DNA from: Herpetosiphon aurantiacus DSM 785
GTDB taxonomy: Bacteria; Chloroflexota; Chloroflexia; Chloroflexales; Herpetosiphonaceae
Direction: 5' to 3'
DNA: 64,000 nucleotides
NCBI GenBank assembly: GCA_000018565.1
Contig: CP000875.1
Span: 377,199 to 441,198 of the forward strand
Shown: positions 38,785-48,267 of the stretch, piece after piece
Layout: the number at the start of each line of letters is the position of its first letter
Position numbering within the stretch: position 1 is the first letter of the stretch
The notes under the pieces: model-generated
What the model was told of the DNA's origin: nothing
Databases searched by the model: none
What the model saw: only the letters and a program-made list of their open reading frames with translations
Program-made: the position numbers and the translations under genes

Positions 38785-40912
38785 ATGCGTTTCAGGATTG
38801 GGTTTATCGGCCTTATGCTTGTCGTACTTGGGTTAACTGGTAGTTTGCGGGCTTTCAAGCCAGTTCAAGCCGCCCTCAGTAATCCAAATACCTCACGAAT
38901 TGTTCAAACGCATGTGCCGCAAGGTGCAGCTCGGATCAATGAACAAGAAAGTAATAATACACTTGCAACGGCTAACCCGATCATGGCGAGTAGGGCGATC
39001 ATTCGTGGGATTATCTGGAGTGGTGATGTTGATATGTATCGGATTGAATTAGCAGCAGGCGACCGATTGAATGTCGCGACCATGACTTCCGCTGCAACCC
39101 ATAGCAGCACTGACACCGTACTAAGCCTGTATGCACTCGATGGAACAAGCCTCATTGAATTAGACGATGACGATGGAACATTTGGTAGTCTTTCATCAGT
39201 CATTAGCTCAGTTCCGGTCACCATAACAGGTACATATTATATTCGTATCAATGCGTTCTTGGCTACCGCCCAAGTTCGTTACTACGATTTGTATGTACGC
39301 ATCTTTAGCGAAGCCACCACTGCTGAGCAAGAACCAAATGATGTTGTTGGCACAGCCCAAGTGTTGCCAGCCAGCGGCGCTGTTGAAGGTAGTTTATCCG
39401 CCACGACTGATGTTGATCTGTTTAAATGCTGGCGATACGATTTTTACGAGTATCGACTTTAACCCTGAACGTGATAGCACAAATTGGAATGGAAGCCTCG
39501 GTATTGGACTATTTAACGGTCTTATTTTATTCGCTGATGATAACAGTACTTCGGCTCCGCCGAATGCTGAGGCTCATTTTATGACCGTTAAAAATAGTGG
39601 AACCTATTATGTTGTTGTTTCAACAAGTGCGAGCAGTATTCCGGCTGAGGCAACCTATCTATTAAATGTTACGACCTTTCCTGCCGAGCAACAAGCGAAC
39701 TGCACAACCTACACCAGCACCGATGTTGCCAAAACGATTCCAACCACCACCAGTTTTATCACCTCAACTTTGAGCGTTCCAGATAACTTTATCATTGCCG
39801 ATCTTGATCTAAGCATTCAATTGACCCATAACAACATGCCCGACCTCGATGTCCAGTTGCAAGGGCCAGATGGTAATGTTGGTGGGCTATTTACCGATAT
39901 TGGATCAAATCTTGTGACGATGATGGATCTTGACCTTGATGATGAAACAGGGATCACGATTAACAGCTTTGCGGCTGTAGCTGGGATGAAGTATATTCCT
40001 GAATCTGTCTATCGCCTCAATTGGTTTGACGGTGGTCGCTCAGCCGGCACTTGGACGCTGTTGATTCACGATGATCTCGCTAGCAATGGTGGTACACTCC
40101 AAAACTGGAGTATTACGCTGTGTGCCGCCCCTCCCGCGAGCTGCCCCGATGGTATGAGCATGAGCACAATCACGAGCACCGATTTTGAGGACAATAATGG
40201 TGGTTTTACTCACAACGGAACCGGCGATACATGGGAGTATGGTGCACCAATCGCCGAACCACTGATCGGCAGTTACAGCGGGGTTAATAGTTGGAAAACT
40301 AATTTGGATGGAACCTATAGTGCTAGCAGTGTTGCCGATCTCTTCTCACCATCAATCAGTATTCCGAATGTGGCTGGCCCAGTCTATTTGCAATGGCACC
40401 AACGCTATCAGATGGATACGGCTGGATCTGATCGCTATAGCGCATCAATTGGTGCTGGGGCTGTGACCAAAACCCTGTATGAGTTTGAGTCAGCCGTAAT
40501 GACCAATCCAGTTGGCAATCCAAGCGTGACCTTCCAAGAAAGCACAGTTTGGAGTCGTCAGTTACACGAAATTAGCGAGTTCAAGGGTCAATCGGTTCGG
40601 GTTCAATATCACCTTGATAGTAATGCTACAACGAATTTGGGTGGCGTTGCAATCGACGATTTTCAAATTATGACATGTGATGAGGTGATCGCAACCCCAA
40701 CCAACACCCCAACTGCAACTCCAACCAACACCCCAACTGCAACTCCAACCGCAACCCCAACCGCAACCCCAACCGCAACCCCAACCAACACCCCAACCAA
40801 TACGCCAACGGTTACGGTTACGCCAAGTAATACGCCAACCGTTACCCCAAACGTGACGGCTGGGCCAACGACGATTCCGGTCTATCTGCCACTAGTCGTT
40901 AGAGGCGAATAG
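38785..40912 (+). pseudogene. Paralog 4/5 of the same family, disrupted by a +1 frameshift in an A-run (39424-39426); the two ORF fragments are 38785-39462 and 39251-40912
   Basis: N-terminal and C-terminal parts align to the other paralogs in different frames. Removing one A from 'tttaaatgct' restores '...[23 protein letters not shown]...'. Tail '[12 protein letters not shown]'. Confidence 0.65.
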
Positions 40913-40933
40913 GCTTCATCATTGGTTACCCAA

Positions 40934-40972
40934 ATAGCCCATGGTCAATCCACGGGCTATTTTTTTTGCCTA
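40934..40972 (+). terminator. Rho-independent terminator ending the paralog array; hairpin core conserved at 36415-36439 and 38652-38677
   Basis: gcccatggtcaatccacgggc followed by a T8 run. Earlier copies (cagcccgtgg-cttaa-ccacgggctg) lack a T-run. Confidence 0.6.
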
Positions 40973-41142
40973 CCCATAAACCTATGAAGATTTGATGGAG
41001 TATAAGCTAAACCCTGAATGAGCAAAAGCGGCATTTGACTTGGATTTTCTAAACCACCATTTAGCCTGCATTAGCCTGCTTTTTAGCTAAACATTGCTAC
41101 AATACAAGCAGCAAAACAAGCTCTCTGCAACCAGGAGTCGTT

Positions 41143-42249
41143 ATGAGTAATCCCAAACGTACCGTCGGCATCGGCGGATTGATTATTGCCGCCCTCGCAC
41201 TTTCAGGGGTTGGTGGTGGTTTAGTCGGTGGTGTCGCAGGCTATCGCTTAGCCCAAGTTGATCAAACGGCAACGGCAGTGGCGGTCACGCCAACCAGCGC
41301 CACCCAACAAACGACCGATAATCTGACTGCGCAACCAGTTGTTGCCAGCACGAATGATGCAGTTGTCCAAACCGTTGCCAAGGCCTCACCAGCAGTCGTA
41401 AAAATTATTAGTACGGTGGTTGGCGGTCAGGCCAGCGGTTCAGGCGCAATTATCAATGAAGATGGCTATATCATCACCAATAATCATGTGGTCGAAGGTC
41501 AAAGTCGCTTGCAAGTAATTTATTCTGATGGAACCAGCCACAATGCCGAGTTGATCGGCACTGATGCTTTTTCGGATATCGCCGTGATTCGGGTGCTCGA
41601 TGCCGTGCCAGCCACAATTTCCTTAGGCGATTCGGATAGTTTGCAGCCTGGCGAAACGGTCGTGGCCATTGGCAGTCCGCTTGGTAAATTCCAAAATAGT
41701 GTGACGGTTGGAGTGGTCAGCGCTCTTGACCGCACAATTGATAGCATGGAAGGCCTAATTCAAACTGACGCAGCGATTAACCATGGCAATAGTGGCGGCC
41801 CACTGATCAACCTCAAAGGCGAAATTGTTGGGATCAATACGTTGGTTGTGCGCGGTGATATTGGTAGTATCGATGAAGCTCAAGGCCTAGGTTTTGCTGT
41901 CCCATCAAATATTGTGCGCGAAGTCAGCGATGCTTTGATTGCCAATGGCCAAGTTATTCGACCATATATAGGCATTCGCTACGAATTGCTTTCGCCCGAA
42001 ACCGCCGAACTGGGGATTGCCAATGATAAAGGTGCTTTCGTGACCAATGTTGATGAAGGTACACCTGCTCGGCGAGCTGGCATTAGCCGTGGCGATATTA
42101 TTCTCGCAGTCAACGGCGAAGAAATTACTCAACGCCACTCATTGCAGCGCCTGCTGTTGCAATATAAACCAGGCGATACCGTAACGGTCACAATCGAGCG
42201 TAATGACCAACAACAGGAAGTGCAAATTACCCTCGCTGAACGCCCATAA
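41143..42249 (+). CDS. htrA: HtrA/DegP-family trypsin-like serine protease with C-terminal PDZ domain
   Basis: N-terminal TM anchor. Catalytic His region 'ITNNHVV', Asp 'DIAVIRV', Ser 'GNSGGPL'. PDZ-like 'GAFVTNVDEGTPARRAGISRGDIILAVNGEEI'. Confidence 0.9.
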   Translation: MSNPKRTVGIGGLIIAALALSGVGGGLVGGVAGYRLAQVDQTATAVAVTPTSATQQTTDNLTAQPVVASTNDAVVQTVAKASPAVVKIISTVVGGQASGSGAIINEDGYIITNNHVVEGQSRLQVIYSDGTSHNAELIGTDAFSDIAVIRVLDAVPATISLGDSDSLQPGETVVAIGSPLGKFQNSVTVGVVSALDRTIDSMEGLIQTDAAINHGNSGGPLINLKGEIVGINTLVVRGDIGSIDEAQGLGFAVPSNIVREVSDALIANGQVIRPYIGIRYELLSPETAELGIANDKGAFVTNVDEGTPARRAGISRGDIILAVNGEEITQRHSLQRLLLQYKPGDTVTVTIERNDQQQEVQITLAERP

Positions 42250-42379
42250 TCGCCTAATAAACCCAGCTCGCTTCAAGCCCTTCGTTCCCAAAACGAGGGG
42301 CTTTTTGGTTGTGGCACGCTGCTTGCCCTTTACACAGCGTTTAGAATACAAACGAAACTTAGCCTGAAGGAGTGTTGAA

Positions 42380-42766
42380 ATGCGTCGTTGGTTTTTAGCT
42401 CTGTGTCTTTTGGTGGTGCTGGCGGGCTGCTCAGGCAGCAGTATCGCCACCCAAGTCTCGGATACAGTCCAACAATTAAGTGAAACCTCAGTGCAAGATT
42501 TGGTTGATCGTTTGTCGGGGATCGAAGAGGCGGTACGTAACAACGATTGGGAGCAAACCCGTGCTTTATTTAGCACAGTTGAAAATGGCTGGAATGCGCT
42601 ACGCGTGCCAGTTGAAGCCGCCTTTCCCGAGATTGCCAGCAATATTCAAGCTCAAATCGATCAACTGAGCCAAGCCTTGAGCGTTGAACTCCCAAGCTCT
42701 GAAGACGTTCGAGCAGGCTTATCCAATTTGCGCGATCAATTAGTGGCTTTATTGCAAGCACTTTAG
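42380..42766 (+). CDS. Small lipoprotein, unknown function
   Basis: GAAGGAG RBS. Lipobox 'LAGCSG'. 128 aa, helical. Confidence 0.5.
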   Translation: MRRWFLALCLLVVLAGCSGSSIATQVSDTVQQLSETSVQDLVDRLSGIEEAVRNNDWEQTRALFSTVENGWNALRVPVEAAFPEIASNIQAQIDQLSQALSVELPSSEDVRAGLSNLRDQLVALLQAL

Positions 42767-42821
42767 AGCTACTTTTTGCTGTAAATTGTGGTATGCTTTT
42801 TGAGGTTTCCAACGTAGAGGA

Positions 42822-43481
42822 ATGTGTGTGGGTGAATTTCAGCAGGCCTTGGAGTATGCGCTTGAGCCGCGCAATTTGGCGCGATTAAGTGCCGCGCTCA
42901 ATCGCCATGGGCAGCTTGTTGCTAGCGCGATGGCGATTGCGCTGCTACTAGGCTTGCCCTTTGGCTGGTGGAGCAGCCGCTCACGCCTGATTAGCGCCAT
43001 TGCGATCAATACCACCAATGGGCTGCGGGTCATTCCCAGCCTTGCCATCCTCTTTTTGTTTGTCGCAATCCCAGGCTTTGGCTTGAGTATTCGTTCGGCA
43101 ATTATTGCCCTAACAATCTTGGCTTTGCCACCAATTTTGATCAATACCAATACGGCTTTTCGCACGCTCAACCCAGCTGTGCGCGAAGCCGCCAAGGCCA
43201 TGGGTATGCCAGCATGGCTCCAACTATGGCGGGTCGAGTTGCCTTTAGCTGCGCCTGTCATTCTTTCGGGCATCCGCATCGCTTTGGTTGAGGTGATTGC
43301 CAGCGCCACCTTGGCTGCCTTTATTGGAGCTGGCGGGCTAGGCAGTTTTATCACTTTAGGATTTAGTATGAGCCGCGTCGATATTTTGCTTGTTGGCGCT
43401 ATTCCGGTGGCTTTGCTCGCAATTCTGGCCGAAATCGTCATGGCCGGGCTGTTGCGATGGGTGCAACCACCACAGTTTTAA
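42822..43481 (+). CDS. ABC transporter permease (glycine betaine/choline OpuCB/OpuBB-like)
   Basis: BPD_transp_1-like EAA loop region 'EAAKAMGMPAWLQLWRVELPLAAP'. About 6 TM. Confidence 0.8.
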   Translation: MCVGEFQQALEYALEPRNLARLSAALNRHGQLVASAMAIALLLGLPFGWWSSRSRLISAIAINTTNGLRVIPSLAILFLFVAIPGFGLSIRSAIIALTILALPPILINTNTAFRTLNPAVREAAKAMGMPAWLQLWRVELPLAAPVILSGIRIALVEVIASATLAAFIGAGGLGSFITLGFSMSRVDILLVGAIPVALLAILAEIVMAGLLRWVQPPQF

Positions 43482-43502
43482 GCTTGTTGGATAGGAGGAT
43501 TC

Positions 43503-44444
43503 ATGCGACGTTTCATCCAGCTAACCGTGTTGCTCACGCTCTTGATGACCATTTTAGCCGCTTGTGGCGATGATGCAGCCAGCAGCACGACAGCTCCCAG
43601 TAGCGACCCAAATCCCGCCCCAAGTAGCAATCAAGTAATTCGGATTGCCTCGAAGAATTTTACCGAACAGTTTATTGTGGGCGAAATGTATGCCCTCTTG
43701 TTGGAACAAGCAGGCTACAAAGTTGAGCGCAAAATTGGCTTAGGCGCAACCGATGTAGCCCAAGCTGCCATGGAAAAAGGCGAGATCGATATTTATCCTG
43801 AGTACACTGGCACTGGCTTGTTGACTGTACTCAAATTGCCAACCCAAACCGATCCCAAAGCGGTCTATGAAACGGTCAAAAAAGGCTATGCCGAGAAATA
43901 TCAAATTGCATGGCTCGACCCTGCGCCAATGAATAATACCCAAGCCTTGGCCATGACCAAAGAAGGTGCTCAGAAATTTGGCATCATCACAATCTCCGAC
44001 ATGGCCGCCAAAGCCGGCGAACTGCGCATGATCGGCCCACCCGAGTTCCAAGAACGAGAAGATGGCTTGCCTGGCATTCAAGCCAAGTATGGCAACTTCG
44101 AACTCAAGGAATATGTACCAGTCGATCCAGGCCTCAAATACAAGGGCTTGGTCGAAGGCAATGCCGATGTGGTGGTGGCCTTTGGCACGGACGGCGAAAT
44201 TGCCAATTATGGCTTGGTCGTGCTCAAAGATGATCGCAACATGTTCCCGCCCTACCAAATCGCTCCGTTGGTGCGCCAAAGCGTTTTGGATGCTAACCCC
44301 AAATTGGCTGAATTGCTGAATGCCTTGGCTCCCAAACTTGACGATGCGACCATGCAACAGCTCAATTTTGAAGTCAGCGGCAATAATCGCAAATACGAAG
44401 ATGTGGCCAAAGAGTTCCTAACCACCCAAGGTTTGTTGAAATAG
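43503..44444 (+). CDS. ABC substrate-binding lipoprotein, OpuAC/OpuCC-type (glycine betaine/osmoprotectant)
   Basis: AGGAGG RBS, lipobox 'LAACGD'. OpuAC-fold aromatic-box-like residues. Positioned inside an opu-like operon. Confidence 0.75.
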   Translation: MRRFIQLTVLLTLLMTILAACGDDAASSTTAPSSDPNPAPSSNQVIRIASKNFTEQFIVGEMYALLLEQAGYKVERKIGLGATDVAQAAMEKGEIDIYPEYTGTGLLTVLKLPTQTDPKAVYETVKKGYAEKYQIAWLDPAPMNNTQALAMTKEGAQKFGIITISDMAAKAGELRMIGPPEFQEREDGLPGIQAKYGNFELKEYVPVDPGLKYKGLVEGNADVVVAFGTDGEIANYGLVVLKDDRNMFPPYQIAPLVRQSVLDANPKLAELLNALAPKLDDATMQQLNFEVSGNNRKYEDVAKEFLTTQGLLK

Positions 44445-44561
44445 CGTTCGAGCATAACGTCAATCCATCTCCCTGCCCCTGCGTTACAAGGGTAGGTTTC
44501 TGCTGCGAACCACGGATAGACTGGTTCATCGGTGAATGGATGAGGACTCTGATTGCCCTTG

Positions 44562-44624
44562 AGGGGGTGCAGGGGGATTAAAGCCCCCTGCGTCTCCCGC
44601 CTTGAGGCGGGACGAAGGGTGGTG
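44562..44624 (+). repeat. Two-hairpin structured repeat element (copy 1), inside the opu operon spacer
   Basis: gggggtgcagggggattaaagccccctgcg + tcccgcc-ttga-ggcggga + cgaagggtgg. A second copy at 49449-49509 shows a compensatory stem change. Confidence 0.7.
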
Positions 44625-44693
44625 ATCGATGAGGCTTGTTAATAACCTATGGAATGAGTCGAGGGTGAGGGAAATGTACAGGGAGTTATCGGC

Positions 44694-45668
44694 GTGAGCA
44701 CAATCGAGTTTCGCAATGTTCGTAAAATCTACCCCAAGGCCGCAACCGCCGCGCTCGCCGATATTTCTCTGACAATCAATCGCGGTGAATTTGTGATTTT
44801 GCTTGGGCCTTCGGGCTGCGGCAAAACCACGCTCATGAAAATGATCAATCGCTTGATCGAGCCAAGTAGCGGCACAATTTTGCTCGATGGAGTCGATATT
44901 CAGTCGATTAATGCCACGAAATTGCGCCAGCAAATTGGCTATGTGATTCAGCAAGTTGGGCTTTTTCCGCATATGACGGTCGCTGAGAATATCGCAGTTG
45001 TCCCCAAATTGCTTGGCTGGCCCAAAGCCAAAATCCAAAGCCGCATCGACGAATTACTCCAGCTCATTCAGCTTGATCCTGCCCAATTTCGCCAGCGCTA
45101 CCCGGCCCAAATTTCCGGTGGGCAAGCCCAGCGCGTTGGTTTGGCCCGTGCTTTGGCCGCTGATCCTGGGGTGATGTTGATGGATGAACCATTTGGCGCG
45201 ATCGATGCGATCACCCGCACGGCCTTGCAAGATGAGATGCTGCGCATTCAGCAGCAATTGCAGAAAACTATCGTTTTTGTGACTCACGATGTTGAAGAAG
45301 CGCTTCGCTTAGCTGATAAAATTGCAATTCTGCACGAAGGCACGATCGTTCAATACGATACTCCGCTCAATTTATTGCGTAATCCCGCTAATCACTATGT
45401 CGCTGAGTTACTGGGAGCCGATGATTTGGTGCGCCGTTTGAGTTTAATTCAGGTGCGCCATGTGCTTCAACCACTGCCTGCAAGCTATGATTCCTCGTTA
45501 GCAAGCATCGAAAGTAGCCGCAACCTGCGCGATGGGCTGAATCAACTCCTCGCCAGCAGCGACGAACAATTGTTGGTCGTTGAACACAATCAACCAATTG
45601 GTATGCTCTCATTAGCCGCAATTCATGCCTATTTGCACCCTGAGGTCATCCATGAACGACATCGTTGA
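44694..45668 (+). CDS. ABC transporter ATP-binding protein with tandem CBS domains (OpuCA/OpuAA-like)
   Basis: GTG start with AGGGAG RBS. Walker A 'GPSGCGKTT', signature 'ISGGQAQRVGLARAL', Walker B 'VMLMDEPFGAID'. C-terminal CBS-like region. Confidence 0.85.
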   Translation: MSTIEFRNVRKIYPKAATAALADISLTINRGEFVILLGPSGCGKTTLMKMINRLIEPSSGTILLDGVDIQSINATKLRQQIGYVIQQVGLFPHMTVAENIAVVPKLLGWPKAKIQSRIDELLQLIQLDPAQFRQRYPAQISGGQAQRVGLARALAADPGVMLMDEPFGAIDAITRTALQDEMLRIQQQLQKTIVFVTHDVEEALRLADKIAILHEGTIVQYDTPLNLLRNPANHYVAELLGADDLVRRLSLIQVRHVLQPLPASYDSSLASIESSRNLRDGLNQLLASSDEQLLVVEHNQPIGMLSLAAIHAYLHPEVIHERHR

Positions 45669-46290
45669 TGGACTCCGATATCTATTAACTGAACGGGCTG
45701 AGGTTTGGCAATTGCTTGGCCAGCATGTAACGATCAGCCTGATCGCGCTCTTGATCGCTAGCTTGATTGCCTTGCCGCTGGGGGTATTGGTGGTGCGGGT
45801 TGGTTGGCTGGCTGGTGGTGTGATGGCCGTGTTGAGTGTGCTCTATACAATTCCTAGTTTGGCAATGCTGATTATGCTGATTGCAGTGTTTGGCCTGAGC
45901 AAAACCACCGTGATCGTGACGCTGGTGATCTATGCCCAAGTGATTTTGGTGCGCAACATTGTGGTTGGCTTGAAGAGCATTGATCGCTCGGTGCTTGAAG
46001 CGGCGCGAGGTTTGGGCATGAATGCTTGGCAAATTTGGTGGCAAGTCGAATTGCCTTTAGCTTTGCCAATTATGTTGGCCGGCCTGCGGATTGCCGCCAT
46101 GATGTGTATTGCGATTAGTTCAATTGCTGCAATGATTGGTGTTGGTGGATTGGGGCAGTTATTGTTTCAAGGCATCACCTTTGATCGGGCTGATATGATT
46201 TGGGCGGGCACAATCAGCATTGCCAGCTTGGCCTTGGTTTGTTATGGATTATTGGCTTTGGTGGAGCAACGATTTAGCCCAAAAATATAA
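45652..46290 (+). CDS. ABC transporter permease (OpuCD/OpuBD-like)
   Basis: The ATG at 45652 overlaps the upstream stop (coupling). 'EAARGLGMNAWQIWWQVELPLALP' EAA motif. 6 TM. Confidence 0.8.
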   Translation: MNDIVDGLRYLLTERAEVWQLLGQHVTISLIALLIASLIALPLGVLVVRVGWLAGGVMAVLSVLYTIPSLAMLIMLIAVFGLSKTTVIVTLVIYAQVILVRNIVVGLKSIDRSVLEAARGLGMNAWQIWWQVELPLALPIMLAGLRIAAMMCIAISSIAAMIGVGGLGQLLFQGITFDRADMIWAGTISIASLALVCYGLLALVEQRFSPKI

Positions 46291-46396
46291 TTGGAGCCGC
46301 GACCAGCTTGCAATAGCCATTGCAACATATCGCTAGCTCCAATTATAGCCAAACCATACGATAGCTACTAGCAGCGCCGAAGCGCAATTAAGCTGT

Positions 46397-46942
46397 CTAG
46401 AACCAGCTTTTTTGAACCACATACTTCTGATAAAACTCAGCATCAGAAGCGACTAAATAAAGTACTGTTTGCACCAAACAGATTATTCCGGTTAAGGCAT
46501 AGCCCAAAAGCCCAATCCCAAAACAGGATAACGGCAGAAACACTACGTTCGACAAGAGCAAAATTAACCCCATCTGACTATTGCCCAGATAAAACCCGTG
46601 AATCCCTAATGGCCCCAAGAAAAAGGCTAATAAGGCTGCGACAACTTTGTTTTTCTCAGTGTAGGCATAGCCTTGAGGCACTTGATATTGATATTGATTG
46701 GGCTGTTGGTAAGGGGCGATTGGTTGTTGATAGTTGGCTTGATACATTGGTGGTGGCTGAACTGGCTGGCTATATTGTTGATAGCCTGGTTGGGCAGGAG
46801 TAGAATTTTGTTGATAGGCCACAGTTTGAGCGCCATGGACTGGACTGCCTTGCAACGAACCTCCACAATTGGTACAAAACATCACATCAGGATGGGTTTG
46901 GGTGTTACAGGTTGGGCAAATTTTATAAAATGGTTGAGTCAT
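46397..46942 (-). CDS. Zinc-ribbon / TM2-domain membrane protein
   Basis: N-terminal 'CPTCNTQ...CTNCG' zinc ribbon, Pro/Gln/Tyr-rich low-complexity linker, C-terminal TM2 domain 'NKVVAALLAFFLGPLGIHGFYLG'. AAGGAA RBS. Confidence 0.65.
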   Translation of the reverse strand: MTQPFYKICPTCNTQTHPDVMFCTNCGGSLQGSPVHGAQTVAYQQNSTPAQPGYQQYSQPVQPPPMYQANYQQPIAPYQQPNQYQYQVPQGYAYTEKNKVVAALLAFFLGPLGIHGFYLGNSQMGLILLLSNVVFLPLSCFGIGLLGYALTGIICLVQTVLYLVASDAEFYQKYVVQKSWF

Positions 46943-47169
46943 AACGCATTCCTTAGTGCCAATAACAGCACAGTTAAATCATATTTTTTGTGTCATCATA
47001 GCTAGCTTTAAGACGTTTTTAAAAGATCTTTTGTTTCAACCATAGTCTAGCAATTGGGGTTTAGCTTGCCATCAGTCGCAAGATGCAGCTTAAATCGGTC
47101 GAGTGCCGATGGCAATTGGGTGTCAATTGCGCAAAAATAGCATATCAAATTTTGGCATGGAGTACAATC

Positions 47170-47616
47170 ATGACTATTTACTTTTACGCGGTTTCAGCAG
47201 AATTTGGTTGCTTCTCGAACTTTTCGGCCCATGGATTTAAGCTCGATGGCCACTACTGGCCCACCAGTGAGCATTATTTTCAAGCCCAAAAATTTACTGG
47301 CACTGACTATGCTACAACCATTCGGCTAGCTAAATCGCCAGCAATTGCCGCCCGACTGGGACGCAGCCGCAAACAACCATTACGCCGCGATTGGGAAGCG
47401 ATCAAAGATGCGGTGATGCGACGCGCCTTGTTGGCAAAATTCCGTAGCCACGCTGAGATTCGGGCAATTTTGCTCGCAACCGACGATCAGCCGCTGGTCG
47501 AGAATGCACCCAATGATTATTATTGGGGCTGTGGAATTGATGGCTCAGGCAAAAATATGCTTGGTCAATTGTTAGTCGAAATTCGCCAAACCCTACGTGA
47601 TGAGGACGTTGCATGA
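47170..47616 (+). CDS. NADAR/YbiA (DUF1768) family N-glycosidase-like protein
   Basis: 'FYAVSAEFGCFSNFS...HYWPTSEHYFQAQKF' matches the conserved NADAR core. Start at the ATG at 47170 rather than 47083. Confidence 0.75.
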   Translation: MTIYFYAVSAEFGCFSNFSAHGFKLDGHYWPTSEHYFQAQKFTGTDYATTIRLAKSPAIAARLGRSRKQPLRRDWEAIKDAVMRRALLAKFRSHAEIRAILLATDDQPLVENAPNDYYWGCGIDGSGKNMLGQLLVEIRQTLRDEDVA

Positions 47617-47840
47617 GCCATGCCCGCTTTTCTATTGAGCAGTTACATCATTTTCAATGTGGCGCATGTAGCGGTTGGTGGAGCATCGCCGATGCTCCGC
47701 CCCGCGATCATTGGTTTTGCCCATGGTGTGGCACTCAATTGATCAATGCTGGGCCACTGCCGCCGCTCAACTCCAGCCCCGAAGCACCAGAAGGCCCAGA
47801 AAACAACCCGCTACTCAATGATGGCCTAGCAATCGATTGA
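47613..47840 (+). CDS. Small C4 zinc-ribbon protein, translationally coupled to the NADAR gene
   Basis: ATGA overlap with the upstream stop. 'CGACSGWWS...FCPWCG' four-Cys ribbon, then a Pro-rich tail. Confidence 0.45.
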   Translation: MSHARFSIEQLHHFQCGACSGWWSIADAPPRDHWFCPWCGTQLINAGPLPPLNSSPEAPEGPENNPLLNDGLAID

Positions 47841-47925
47841 GCATTTGCTGGGGCAGCAAGCACGAGTTGGCAAGCAGCGCTGAATCTTGTACGATGGCGC
47901 AAGCAGTTTTTTGAAGGAGCCGTCC

Positions 47926-48264
47926 ATGCTAAACCCGGCCGATCAACTTTTACTCAAAAGCCTCTGCAACGATCTGGTTGCCGTCGAAGCTCAAATCAGC
48001 GAACTTGAAACGCAACGAGAAAGCTTGCGTGCTCGAATTTCAGAACTCGTCGAGCAAATGGGCGGTAAAATTCAGCTACGTGGCTTTGGTACATTGCAAA
48101 TCTCCAATCCCAGCGTGATTGTTTCTTACGATCGCAAGGGCATCGAGCAGTTGGTTCAGCAATTAGCAGAGGCTGGTAATTTTGCGCTGGTTGATGCAAT
48201 TCAAACGTCGCGCAAGGAATCGATGCGTAGCGGCGGCCTGCGCATTATGCGTGAAAAAGCCTAA
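47926..48264 (+). CDS. Hypothetical coiled-coil protein
   Basis: GAAGGAG RBS 6 nt before the ATG at 47926 (the ORF-track start 47887 has none). 112 aa, helical. Confidence 0.45.
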   Translation: MLNPADQLLLKSLCNDLVAVEAQISELETQRESLRARISELVEQMGGKIQLRGFGTLQISNPSVIVSYDRKGIEQLVQQLAEAGNFALVDAIQTSRKESMRSGGLRIMREKA

Positions 48265-48267
48265 ATT

